Positions 1 to 8,687 of a stretch of 64,000 nt of DNA are shown piece after piece. This stretch comes from Spirochaetales bacterium (GTDB taxonomy: Bacteria; Spirochaetota; Spirochaetia; SZUA-6; JAFGRV01). The stretch is from positions 3,437 to 67,436 of the forward strand of contig JAFGQK010000300.1 of NCBI GenBank assembly GCA_016935735.1. The letters are read 5' to 3'. The position numbers and the translations under genes are program-made. Positions within the stretch are counted from its first letter, which is position 1; each line of letters begins with the position of its first letter. Below the pieces are notes generated by a model, which was not told where the DNA came from, ran no database searches, and worked only from the letters and a program-made list of their open reading frames with translations.

Positions 1-2
1 TA

Positions 3-332
3 AACTGCAAGCTTCGTATAAAAAATAAAGAACCGGTGGAAGATAATTCCATTGCCCTGCATTTGTACCGGATTGGACAGGAAGCAATTAACAATGCAAT
101 CCGGCATGGGAAACCGGATTTTATTGAAATATCATTTACGGCAACAGAGGATGAGATTGAACTTGTTATACGGGATAATGGGATCGGTATCCCGGAAAAT
201 TATACACATTCAAAAGGTATGGGATTGCAAATTATGAATTACCGGGCAAATATGATCGGCGGTAAACTGGATATAAGGCGAAATGAGAGAAAGGGCACGT
301 GTTTGTCCTGTATAATAAAACGAAAAAAATAG
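3..332 (+). CDS. C-terminal part of a NarX/UhpB-type sensor histidine kinase (truncated by window start)
   Basis: Frame open from position 3; LYRIGQEAINNAIRHG N-box, IRDNGIG G1, GMGL G2; directly upstream of a NarL-type regulator. Confidence 0.9.
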   Translation, partial: NCKLRIKNKEPVEDNSIALHLYRIGQEAINNAIRHGKPDFIEISFTATEDEIELVIRDNGIGIPENYTHSKGMGLQIMNYRANMIGGKLDIRRNERKGTCLSCIIKRKK

Positions 333-344
333 GAGAAATATAAA

Positions 345-1001
345 ATGGCGAAAGAAACCCGCTTTTTAATCATCGATGATCATCCGCTTTTTCGCGCTGG
401 ACTTAAACAGCTTATAAACCAGGAAAAGGGATTTACCGTGATTGCAGAAGCCGGGGATGCAGAAGAAGCCCTGGATATTATTAATCAACAGGTGCCCGAT
501 TTTGCCATTGTTGATATTTCATTAAAAGGGATGAATGGTCTTGAACTTATAAAAATAGTAAACTCGAAATATCCGAACCTGCTTATCCTTGTTGTTTCCA
601 TGCATGACGAAGCCCTTTATGCTGAACGCGCGCTAAAAGCCGGTGCCCGGGGATATATTATGAAACAGGAAGCATCAAAAAAAGTGCTTACTGCCATTCA
701 TCAGCTTCTTGAGGGGAAAGTCTATATCAGCGAAGCTATGCATGATAAAATGCTCATGGGGATGATAAAGGGAAAATCCGAGCTGGAGAATAATCCCATC
801 GATAAATTAAGCGACAGGGAGTTCGAGGTGTTTCTTCTTATTGGTAAAGGGCTTGGTCCTATCCAGATAGCAGAAGAGTTGAACCTGAGTGTAAAAACAG
901 TGGAAACCTATAGGGCACATATAAAAACAAAGCTTATGCTGGAGAATGCAGCAGAACTTCGTAAACATGCAATCAAGTGGATACAAAGCCAGAAGATGTA
1001 A
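345..1001 (+). CDS. NarL/FixJ-family response regulator (REC + LuxR HTH)
   Basis: IIDDHPLFR, VDISL phospho-Asp, GARGYIMK, LSDREFEV...LSVKTVETYR; RBS AGGAG upstream. Confidence 0.95.
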   Translation: MAKETRFLIIDDHPLFRAGLKQLINQEKGFTVIAEAGDAEEALDIINQQVPDFAIVDISLKGMNGLELIKIVNSKYPNLLILVVSMHDEALYAERALKAGARGYIMKQEASKKVLTAIHQLLEGKVYISEAMHDKMLMGMIKGKSELENNPIDKLSDREFEVFLLIGKGLGPIQIAEELNLSVKTVETYRAHIKTKLMLENAAELRKHAIKWIQSQKM

Positions 1002-1019
1002 AGATGTAAGTCCGGGGAT

Positions 1020-1853
1020 TTACTTCCTGCACACTGCACAGAGTGTCTCCGATTCGGCAGTATATTCTCTTCCGGTAATATCACCGAAGAGTTCGATTTT
1101 TTTAAAGGGTTGTTTTCCCAGTAATTCCATAATTGATGTTTCAGTGTAATACTGGTCCCATATCCTGTATACATCGATATTTTCGTTGTTTTCGATAATA
1201 ATATACTGGTCAACAAATGCGCGGTTCTGGGGATAATGGTATTGATTATGCAGGCAGATATGGGGATTTTCTTTCCAGAAACCTGTCAATGCAGTATACC
1301 ATGAATTCTTTTCTTCCCTGTATTTGGGGAAGCAGGGTGTATACACATCAAAAAGAAAGACTCCCCCGGGTTTTAGTGCCTGGTATATTTTTGAGAGGAG
1401 TATCTGTTGTTTTGACGGGGACAGAACGGCAAAATCACAAAAAATAAGTAATACAATATCGAATTCCTGCGTAAAATCGATCGTGAGGTAATCCTTGTTA
1501 TGATAATCAATAAGAAGGTGCGCTTTTTCCGCTTCCCTCCGGGCATATGCGATTGACCGCCGTGATATATCAATTCCCGTTACCCGGGTTGTTTTCCCTG
1601 CCAGCCGCCGGCAATAGAGCCCGGGGCCGCACCCCAGATCCAGAATAGAGGAGGGATCTTCTTTAATAGATGTTCCCTTTATCCAGGATACAGAAGCATC
1701 AATAGTTTCTGGTTTTCTACTGGCCTTTTCTTCCGTTGGATCCAGATGTGTTTTCAGCATCTGCCCGGAAATATGATCGTCATCCCAGAATGGTGCTGTA
1801 CTCTCTAAAAACAGGGGAGGCCGTTTTGCCAGTGTTATTAATTCTTCAATCAT
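1020..1853 (-). CDS. Class I SAM-dependent methyltransferase
   Basis: ILDLGCGPG motif I, GIDIS, LKPGG; ATG at 1853 preferred over track start 1871 (AAGGTG upstream). Confidence 0.88.
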   Translation of the reverse strand: MIEELITLAKRPPLFLESTAPFWDDDHISGQMLKTHLDPTEEKASRKPETIDASVSWIKGTSIKEDPSSILDLGCGPGLYCRRLAGKTTRVTGIDISRRSIAYARREAEKAHLLIDYHNKDYLTIDFTQEFDIVLLIFCDFAVLSPSKQQILLSKIYQALKPGGVFLFDVYTPCFPKYREEKNSWYTALTGFWKENPHICLHNQYHYPQNRAFVDQYIIIENNENIDVYRIWDQYYTETSIMELLGKQPFKKIELFGDITGREYTAESETLCAVCRK

Positions 1854-1957
1854 ACAGCACCTTATGAACACGACAACCCGGGTTCACGTTTAGTAACATT
1901 ATCCCGGGCAATTGGTTTTATCTCCATTGCCCGGGTAGAATTTCGAACAATATTCAT

Positions 1958-2083
1958 TATCAAAAGGAAACCACCTTCTTTGGAGGTGGTCTTTTCCCTC
2001 CTTATTATATTGATTATTAAGGCATAACCTTTCAGATCCTTTTGATTTAGAAAAAGCCACCTGCTTCGCAGGTGATCTTTTAC
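1958..2083 (+). mobile_element. 126-bp non-autonomous IS200/IS605-like miniature element, copy 1
   Basis: Two subterminal hairpins (ACCACCTTCTTTGGAGGTGGT; CACCTGCTTCGCAGGTG), preceded by TTCAT, ends TTTAC; near-identical inverted copy at 38088-38213. Confidence 0.7.
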
Positions 2084-3738
2084 TACGGGTTAATTTTCTC
2101 TATAAGAGAAAGATCTTTCACACTTAATGCAAGGATATCCTTTGCACTGCTATTCACGAAAATTTTATCCCGGTAAAAGCTTATAAACGTATCAGCATAT
2201 ATCGGCTCGGTAGAGCGGGCCACCTGTACCATACTTTCATCATATTTCCCAAGATAGTAATTCGTTCCATCAATGGTGATTGCATAGACATAGCTGCCCT
2301 CTTTTTCAACAAAACTCCGGTGGAAAATATTGTCCGTTCCTTTTGCAAGAACATCAAGCGTATCATAATCTAACAGGGTAAGGTAGTGTCCTGCTTCATG
2401 GGAGCCTGTATGGGTAATAACGACAATTCCCTTATCCCACAGGATATATTTTCTCCCACAGATATTTTTTACCGCGGATTCTGAAATTATTTTTTGTGTA
2501 GGTGCATCGATCTTATATAATTCATTGTTATAATGTCCCCCGGTAAGATATTCTTTTATTTTCAGGTAGTAAAATATTCCTTTGTAGATTTTTTCTTCTT
2601 TTTCCTTTTCTTCTATAGTCTTTTCAATAAATTCTTCCGGATTATCTTTCGCTTCCTCGATCATTTTGTCTTTTTCAAGATCCTTTTTGTCTTCTTCAAT
2701 ATCCTTCCTGTCTTCTTCTATTTTGTCTTCTTCTTTTGTAATCCGGTCTTCCTCTTTTGTCACCCGGTCTTCTTCTTTTATCACCCGGTCTTCTTCCTTT
2801 GTTACCCGGTCTTCTTCGTCGGTAATCCGCTTTTCTTCTTCTATAATCCGCTCTTCTTCCTTTTTCCGCTCTTCTTCGTCCTTTATTTCATCAACTTTTT
2901 CCTTATCTTCTTCGAGTTTCGTCTTATCTTCTTCGAGTTTCGTCTTATCTTCTTCGAGTTTCGTCTTATCTTCTTCGAGTTTTGTCCTGTCTTCCTCCAG
3001 AATTCCTTTATCTTCTTCCAGTTTTTCTTCTTTTTCTTCAATGACACGTTCCTGGAGGTCGATCATATCCTCCCGCTCCTCGATTGCCTTGTCTTCTTCG
3101 TCCTTTAACGCTTCGATTGTGTCTTCGGTTAATTCTCCCATATCCAGGGAACTGATATCTCCCTTTTGTGCACCTTCACTTAACGGCACAAGGATTTTTG
3201 TTTTTCCCGGCCATTCCTTATAATTTGTCGCAAGTCCTGCGTTTGTTGCATCAAGATACCCCATGACTCTGTTTTTGTATTTTGTTTCCAGGTAAGAGAT
3301 TTCACCCCTGTGGATTGCATTATATACAGTGACAAAGAATGCAAGGGTACGGGCATCCCTTCCCGAATAGCCATATTGATATGAAAAAAATCCCATGAGT
3401 ATAAGCCTTAAGGTATCAATATGATTTACCCCACCGTACCTGGAGATAGATATAATATCCGCATCAAATTTTCCCGTTTCAGAGGGATCCGCCACATGAA
3501 TGGCAGAAAAAAAGTTATAATATTTCCCCTCTGATTTTCCTGCTTCAAGGTCTTTTGCCATCTTCGCACCCCAGGAGAGTATTTCCTCCACTGTATACTG
3601 CGGATTTTCCCCTGTATAATTTATAAACGTAACCTGTTTACCGCTTGCAGATTTCAGCTCATCAACATCAACTCCTAATGGAAATGAGTTAAAAAGCAGG
3701 ATAACGAAACATACTGCAATAATGAGTGTTCTTTTCAT
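2083..3738 (-). CDS. Spirochaete P83/100-family protein with acidic coiled-coil repeats
   Basis: Signal peptide; VDVDEL..VTFINYTG and DADII..GGVNHI N-terminal motifs, WPGKT; heptad repeats KLEEDKT and EEDRVTK. Confidence 0.8.
   Translation of the reverse strand: MKRTLIIAVCFVILLFNSFPLGVDVDELKSASGKQVTFINYTGENPQYTVEEILSWGAKMAKDLEAGKSEGKYYNFFSAIHVADPSETGKFDADIISISRYGGVNHIDTLRLILMGFFSYQYGYSGRDARTLAFFVTVYNAIHRGEISYLETKYKNRVMGYLDATNAGLATNYKEWPGKTKILVPLSEGAQKGDISSLDMGELTEDTIEALKDEEDKAIEEREDMIDLQERVIEEKEEKLEEDKGILEEDRTKLEEDKTKLEEDKTKLEEDKTKLEEDKEKVDEIKDEEERKKEEERIIEEEKRITDEEDRVTKEEDRVIKEEDRVTKEEDRITKEEDKIEEDRKDIEEDKKDLEKDKMIEEAKDNPEEFIEKTIEEKEKEEKIYKGIFYYLKIKEYLTGGHYNNELYKIDAPTQKIISESAVKNICGRKYILWDKGIVVITHTGSHEAGHYLTLLDYDTLDVLAKGTDNIFHRSFVEKEGSYVYAITIDGTNYYLGKYDESMVQVARSTEPIYADTFISFYRDKIFVNSSAKDILALSVKDLSLIEKINP
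2730..3020 (-). repeat. 21-bp coding tandem repeats (heptads) in the P83/100 gene
   Basis: TTATCTTCTTCGAGTTTCGTC repeated in tandem around 2903-2980; CCGGTCTTC.TC.TT units around 2740-2815. Confidence 0.9.
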
Positions 3739-4191
3739 AGTTTAACTCCTTTGGTTCGTAAATTTTAATGGTATACTCTTCTAAAATGGTTTGTCTGTCA
3801 TACTCCTTATAATTTTATCCATACCATTATGGTTTATACACTTTCCCGGGTGCTTATTGCATCAAAGAATGACAAACCACCATTATAATCAAGGACAATC
3901 CGGTTTTGTATCTGTATAAATCCTCTTTTTATAATACGGAAAACTCCGCTTTTTGTAACAGTGATATCTATTCCTGGTATGAAAAAGAAAATGAAAATCA
4001 TAAGGATTATCCTTTTTTTCAAACTGATAAAATCATAATGGATATCCCTGTTCAAGTCAAGAATATTTCTTATTGAGCTTAAAGACCGGTAATTAAAAAA
4101 CTTTCATTAATTATTGAACCATCTGAATTCGATAAATATAGTATACTATAACGATATTATAATAAGGGATATTTTATTATATTTTAACGAT

Positions 4192-4527
4192 ATGTTTAAT
4201 GGGTTAAGAAAAACATGGCTCTTTTCTTTACTGGGAAGATTAACAATATTTTTTGTTCTCTTTTCTTTACTTCTTCTTTTTCTTTATATCATTGGTAATT
4301 ACCAGGAATTCCTGGATTCCAGTCAATTTCTATTACTTAAATTACTGGAAATCATTTCGTTGTTTGGTGCTATATGCGGAATGTATTATATTTTTTTCCT
4401 GTTTTTTATCGCATTATTGGAAAAAAAGATTTTGATCCTCCGGTTTATTTTAACAATTCTTATCATCATATTATGCAGCATCCTTTTTACCGGGATAAAA
4501 TTCCTCTCTTCATGGTTTACCTTCTAA
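4192..4527 (+). CDS. Small membrane protein (3 predicted TM), unknown function
   Basis: Hydrophobic segments around GNYQEFLDSSQ; ATG at 4192 chosen over track start 4114. Confidence 0.6.
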   Translation: MFNGLRKTWLFSLLGRLTIFFVLFSLLLLFLYIIGNYQEFLDSSQFLLLKLLEIISLFGAICGMYYIFFLFFIALLEKKILILRFILTILIIILCSILFTGIKFLSSWFTF

Positions 4528-4606
4528 TGGCAGGATCCTGGCAGATGCCTCTGTTGTTGTAGCCATATTATTGACAGCTATTCTCATACCTGTTACTATT
4601 CCTGTT

Positions 4607-5749
4607 ATGATACAGTCGTTTTCATTTGAATGTCCAGAGACCATCCTTTTCGGGAAAGGGACAAGAGAAGAATTGCCCGGGATAATCCGGCAGTACGGGA
4701 AAAAGGTATGTATCATTACCGGTGCATCGTGGTTTGCCCGGTCAGGATGGCAGGATAGATTTAAAAAGCTTTTAAAAGATTTCCAGATTGAATTTTTTTC
4801 ATGTTCCGGGCGTGAACCTTCGATTAAAAGCATCCAGGGGTTGATTGACAATACCCGGGTTTTTTCACCAGACATTATTGTTGGTATTGGCGGTGGGTCA
4901 GTTCTCGATTCGGCAAAAGCAGTATCCGGGCTTGTTCGTGCAGAAGGCAATGTTGCAGATTACCTGGAAGGGATTGGGAAAGGCATTTCATTACAAAAGC
5001 CCGGTATTCCCTGGATAGCACTTCCCACCACCTCGGGAACAGGCGCAGAAGTGACAAAGAATTCCGTTGTAAAATCAGATGAACATAAGGTGAAAAAAAG
5101 CTTAAGATCACGGTTTCTCCTGGCAGATGCGGTGATTGTCGATCCTGAGCTTACCCTCGAATTACCCCTGTCTGTCTCCGGTATTGCAGGTATGGATGCC
5201 CTGGTCCAGCTTGTGGAATCTTATGTTTCCAAAAAAGCAAAACCCTTCCCCCGCGCCCTTGTAAAACAGGCACTACCCGTAATGTTCGGTGCATTAAAAA
5301 AGATCGCTTCCCATCCCCCTGATTCAGAGGCAAGAACAGGGGCCGCATACGGGTCACTTGTAAGCGGATTGTCTCTTGCGAATTCAGGGCTTGGCGCTGT
5401 TCATGGTTTTGCATCAGCATTGGGCGGGCTTTATGAGATTCCCCATGGTCTTATCTGTGCGGTTTTCCTGAATCCCGTGTTGAAAGCAAATGCAGATGTT
5501 ATCAGGAATGATATTATGGAGCTTTTCCCCGGTATTGTTCATAAAAAAGCAGATCCTGTGGAATGGCTTATGAATGAAGTCACCCTGCTTCTGAAACTCT
5601 ATGGAATCAAACCCCATCTAAAGGATTACGGAATCGGTAAGGATATGGTTGATACAATTGCCGGTAAGGCAACCGGTTCCAGTATGTCCGGAAATCCCAG
5701 GGAGCTCACCATGGAAGAAAAGAGGAAGATAATTCTTGAAGTACTGTAG
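4607..5749 (+). CDS. Iron-containing alcohol dehydrogenase
   Basis: GIGGGSVLDSAK, PTTSGTGAEVT, DAL, GAVHG, IPHG motifs. Confidence 0.93.
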   Translation: MIQSFSFECPETILFGKGTREELPGIIRQYGKKVCIITGASWFARSGWQDRFKKLLKDFQIEFFSCSGREPSIKSIQGLIDNTRVFSPDIIVGIGGGSVLDSAKAVSGLVRAEGNVADYLEGIGKGISLQKPGIPWIALPTTSGTGAEVTKNSVVKSDEHKVKKSLRSRFLLADAVIVDPELTLELPLSVSGIAGMDALVQLVESYVSKKAKPFPRALVKQALPVMFGALKKIASHPPDSEARTGAAYGSLVSGLSLANSGLGAVHGFASALGGLYEIPHGLICAVFLNPVLKANADVIRNDIMELFPGIVHKKADPVEWLMNEVTLLLKLYGIKPHLKDYGIGKDMVDTIAGKATGSSMSGNPRELTMEEKRKIILEVL

Positions 5750-5755
5750 GAAGAA

Positions 5756-5867
5756 GACCAGAGGATCAGAGAGTAAGAAAACCAGCGCATCAGCGAGTCA
5801 GAGGACCAGTGAGTCAGAAGACCAGAGAACCAGAGGACCAGAAGAGTAGATGACCAGAGAACCAGAA
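5756..5867 (+). repeat. Degenerate 8-bp tandem repeat array (14 units, GACCAGAG-like)
   Basis: In-phase units gaccagag, gatcagag, agtaagaa, aaccagcg, catcagcg, agtcagag, gaccagtg, agtcagaa, gaccagag, aaccagag, gaccagaa, gagtagat, gaccagag, aaccagaa. Confidence 0.85.
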
Positions 5868-5937
5868 GACAGTAAAAAGAGAAGATTGCCTGAACAATTG
5901 TTCCGGTCATACCGATAATAATAAATACGGTACATTC

Positions 5938-6744
5938 ATGACACTTGATAAATCATATATACCATTAAAAACATCTGTTGATGTTGCCAGGATTAGAAGA
6001 AGCTGCAGGATCTGTGAAAAAATACTGGTCCAGTTAAGCAGCTGCATTCGTGAAGGGGTGACAACAAAAGAACTTGATTCTCTTGCAGAGGTACTTATCA
6101 GGAAAGAGAAAGCAAAACCTGTACTTAAGGGGTATGATGGTTTTCCAGGTTCAATATGTACTTCCGTGAACAATGTTGTCGCACATGGAATACCATCCGG
6201 TTATTGTCTTAAGGATGGAGATATTATTACTATTGATATTACCATCGAAAAAGATGGCTGGTATGGAGATGGTGCATGGACGTTTATTACAGGAAAAAAA
6301 CAATCACCTGCAAAACATCTTGTAAAAGCGGCCTGGCAGGCATCGCTGGCCGGTATTATGGAGGTAAAAGCAGGATCTTTCCTGGGTAATATAGGATATT
6401 CAATAAATATGATTGCAAAAAAACATGGGTGTTCAATTGTTAAGGAGTTTGTAGGACATGGTATCGGGAAGGAGATGCATGAGGAACCCCTTATACCGCA
6501 TTTCGGAAAACCGGGAACAGGAAGACGGATTGTCCCGGGAATGGTTTTTACTATTGAACCGGTCTTAAGCCTGGGGAAGCCGGATATTATTATGACAGAA
6601 CAGGGATGGAATTGTATGACAAAAGATAATTCACTTACTGCCCAGTTTGAAAATACTATTGCAGTGTTTAAAGACAGGATTGAAATTTTAACACTTTCTT
6701 GCGGAAAATTAAAAGATTTTATTGACTATCCGCCTGTATTATAG
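5938..6744 (+). CDS. map: Methionine aminopeptidase type I
   Basis: SICTSVNNVVAHGIP, DITI..DGWYGD, GHGIG..MHEEP, FTIEP, AQFE. Confidence 0.93.
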   Translation: MTLDKSYIPLKTSVDVARIRRSCRICEKILVQLSSCIREGVTTKELDSLAEVLIRKEKAKPVLKGYDGFPGSICTSVNNVVAHGIPSGYCLKDGDIITIDITIEKDGWYGDGAWTFITGKKQSPAKHLVKAAWQASLAGIMEVKAGSFLGNIGYSINMIAKKHGCSIVKEFVGHGIGKEMHEEPLIPHFGKPGTGRRIVPGMVFTIEPVLSLGKPDIIMTEQGWNCMTKDNSLTAQFENTIAVFKDRIEILTLSCGKLKDFIDYPPVL

Positions 6745-6768
6745 TAATATTACACTACTTGTTTATTA

Positions 6769-6842
6769 GCCACCTTAGCTCAGCTGGCCAGAGCACGTGA
6801 TTTGTAATCTCGGAGTCCTCGGTTCGAATCCGAGAGGTGGCT
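6769..6842 (+). tRNA. tRNA-Thr(TGT)
   Basis: Acceptor GCCACCT/AGGTGGC, D arm GCTC/GAGC, anticodon loop TTTGTAA, T arm CTCGG-TTCGAAT-CCGAG; no encoded CCA. Confidence 0.95.
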
Positions 6843-6852
6843 TTCTTACCGG

Positions 6853-6887
6853 AACCTGATTCCTGTTATAAGGAAGCAGGTTTTTTT
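6853..6887 (+). terminator. Intrinsic terminator after tRNA-Thr
   Basis: AACCTG-A-TTCCT ... AGGAA-G-CAGGTT hairpin followed by a T run. Confidence 0.75.
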
Positions 6888-7343
6888 ATTTTCCAGGTGT
6901 CATTTTGTTACTTGCATTTATTTTTCCCTTATAAAGAGTATAGTATCTAATTCATCTGCGTTCTATACCTTGCATAGACCAAAAAACTGGAAAATGTGTA
7001 AAAAAAAAGATAAATTTTATTCCAATGATAAGAGGAGTTTGGTATAGTAACAATCAGAGGTATTATTATATTATGATATACAATCGAAGTGATGCAGGTT
7101 GTCCGGTTTTGTGAAGATGCTGTTAAAAAGAAAATATTTACGACAGATTTTATTTTGGATGAAACAATTACTTTACTTTTACTGTTTCCGGTAGTTCCTG
7201 TTTACCAATTGTCCGGCAGTATGGATATGTGAGCTGCAAAAACAACCAGGAAGTAAAGGTTATCAGGTCAAATTGCTGAACTTTTTTTATTGTTTATAAT
7301 TGAACTATAGTTTAAAACTAATTGAAAAAAGCAGGTTATTTTT

Positions 7344-8477
7344 ATGAAATATAGTTTTGTAATCCCCACATATAATAATAAAAGGCTTTTAGAAAATACT
7401 CTTGAAGCATTACATCATCAGGAGGGTTTCGGAAAAGATGAGTACCAGGCAGTGATAGTGGATGACGGCTCGGATGATAATACACACCAAATCATTGAAA
7501 AGCAAAACAGGAACTATAATCTGAAATATATTTTTTTGGACAGGATGACAGACTCATGCAGGGCAAAAGCAAGAAATTGCGGCTGGAAGAATGCAGATGG
7601 AGAAATAATTATTTTTATTGATTCGGATATAATTGTGAAGAGAAATTATCTGTCTCAATTAACCGGATGTTATGAAATGGAATCTAACATGGTTGTTTTC
7701 GGAACCAGGTTGATGCTGCAGGATGATATAGAGACGGAAGAAATATCAAATGGTGAAATATTCAGAAAGTATAAATTCGATAGATCCAAAGCGGAATATT
7801 TTGAACACAGACATTATTTGTTTAACACAATGTCATACAATATCAATTGCTTTTTAGACCCATGGTTGTATGCATACAGTTGTAATGTGGCTATTCCCAG
7901 GAAGATTATAAATGAAGAAAGGGGATTTGATGAGAACTATAAAGGCTGGGGAGTAGAGGACCTGGAATTGTCATATAAAATATATCTTAAGGGAGTAAAG
8001 TTTGTATTCAACAGCAATCTTGAAGCTTTTCATCAAAATCACACCAGAGCAACCAATGTTAACGTAAAAAGTGGTGTATATAATGCTGAATGTTTTATAC
8101 GTAAGTATCCTGATGCTTTAAAAATATTTCCTCACGAGGTTAAAAAACTCTTGCTGATAGGCGGCCTTGAACACGATTTTACAGGCATGCAGGAAGAAGT
8201 GGAATATATAGGAAAGAAAATAGAAGCTTGTTTACCTCCAAACACTAAATGCAATAAAACTGAAATAATAGAGTTCAAAAATAAAGCGGATATTGACAAG
8301 ATTAAAGCAAAAATTAAGAAATTAACAGCGAGCAGCGATATTAGAATTATTGTAAACGACTATGTAGAAGACACTGATTTAGGTATCTGGATACAATTAC
8401 TTGATAAGTCTGGAAGCGTACCGCTGTATTTTGTAATGTCAAAAAAATTGAATGCCCCTGGTTTCCCGGGGCCTTGA
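7344..8477 (+). CDS. Glycosyltransferase family 2 (paralogue A)
   Basis: SFVIPTYN, IVDDGSDD, FIDSD DxD motif, GFDENYKGWGVED. Confidence 0.92.
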   Translation: MKYSFVIPTYNNKRLLENTLEALHHQEGFGKDEYQAVIVDDGSDDNTHQIIEKQNRNYNLKYIFLDRMTDSCRAKARNCGWKNADGEIIIFIDSDIIVKRNYLSQLTGCYEMESNMVVFGTRLMLQDDIETEEISNGEIFRKYKFDRSKAEYFEHRHYLFNTMSYNINCFLDPWLYAYSCNVAIPRKIINEERGFDENYKGWGVEDLELSYKIYLKGVKFVFNSNLEAFHQNHTRATNVNVKSGVYNAECFIRKYPDALKIFPHEVKKLLLIGGLEHDFTGMQEEVEYIGKKIEACLPPNTKCNKTEIIEFKNKADIDKIKAKIKKLTASSDIRIIVNDYVEDTDLGIWIQLLDKSGSVPLYFVMSKKLNAPGFPGP

Positions 8478-8508
8478 TGATATATACTTAAATTTACTAA
8501 AATTTTGC

Positions 8509-8537
8509 TTGACAATAAATCTACTTTGTGTTACTTT
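8509..8537 (+). promoter_or_regulatory. Sigma70-type promoter for the U32 gene
   Basis: TTGACA (8509-8514), 17-bp spacer, TG-n-TACTTT (8529-8537). Confidence 0.6.
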
Positions 8538-8687
8538 TATTTCATTAATTTAATTCAGTTAAACAAATAATAAATAAATTTGGTCTACGTGGAGAAAATA
8601 GGTGAATTAATAAATGGATGTTTTCTATCAAAGACTATCGAGTAGACCGAAAGCTAAAATAATTATTTTAACCGGAGGTATAAATAT

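Noticed and set aside
1872-2082. SAM riboswitch upstream of the methyltransferase
   Set aside because: No ATCxAGAG...GAT core; the hairpins belong to the repeated 126-bp element
2533-3223. Phe-rich and Ser-rich + strand ORFs (191 aa, 185 aa)
   Set aside because: Antisense shadows of the Glu/Lys repeats of P83/100
3834-4055. 73-aa ORF upstream of P83/100
   Set aside because: TTG start, no RBS, no motif; AT-rich divergent promoter region
5756-5867. Possible CRISPR array
   Set aside because: Contiguous 8-bp units without spacers; no cas genes in the window
5626-5910. 94-aa Trp/Ser/Leu-rich minus-strand ORF
   Set aside because: By-product of the 8-bp repeat array; overlaps the ADH gene
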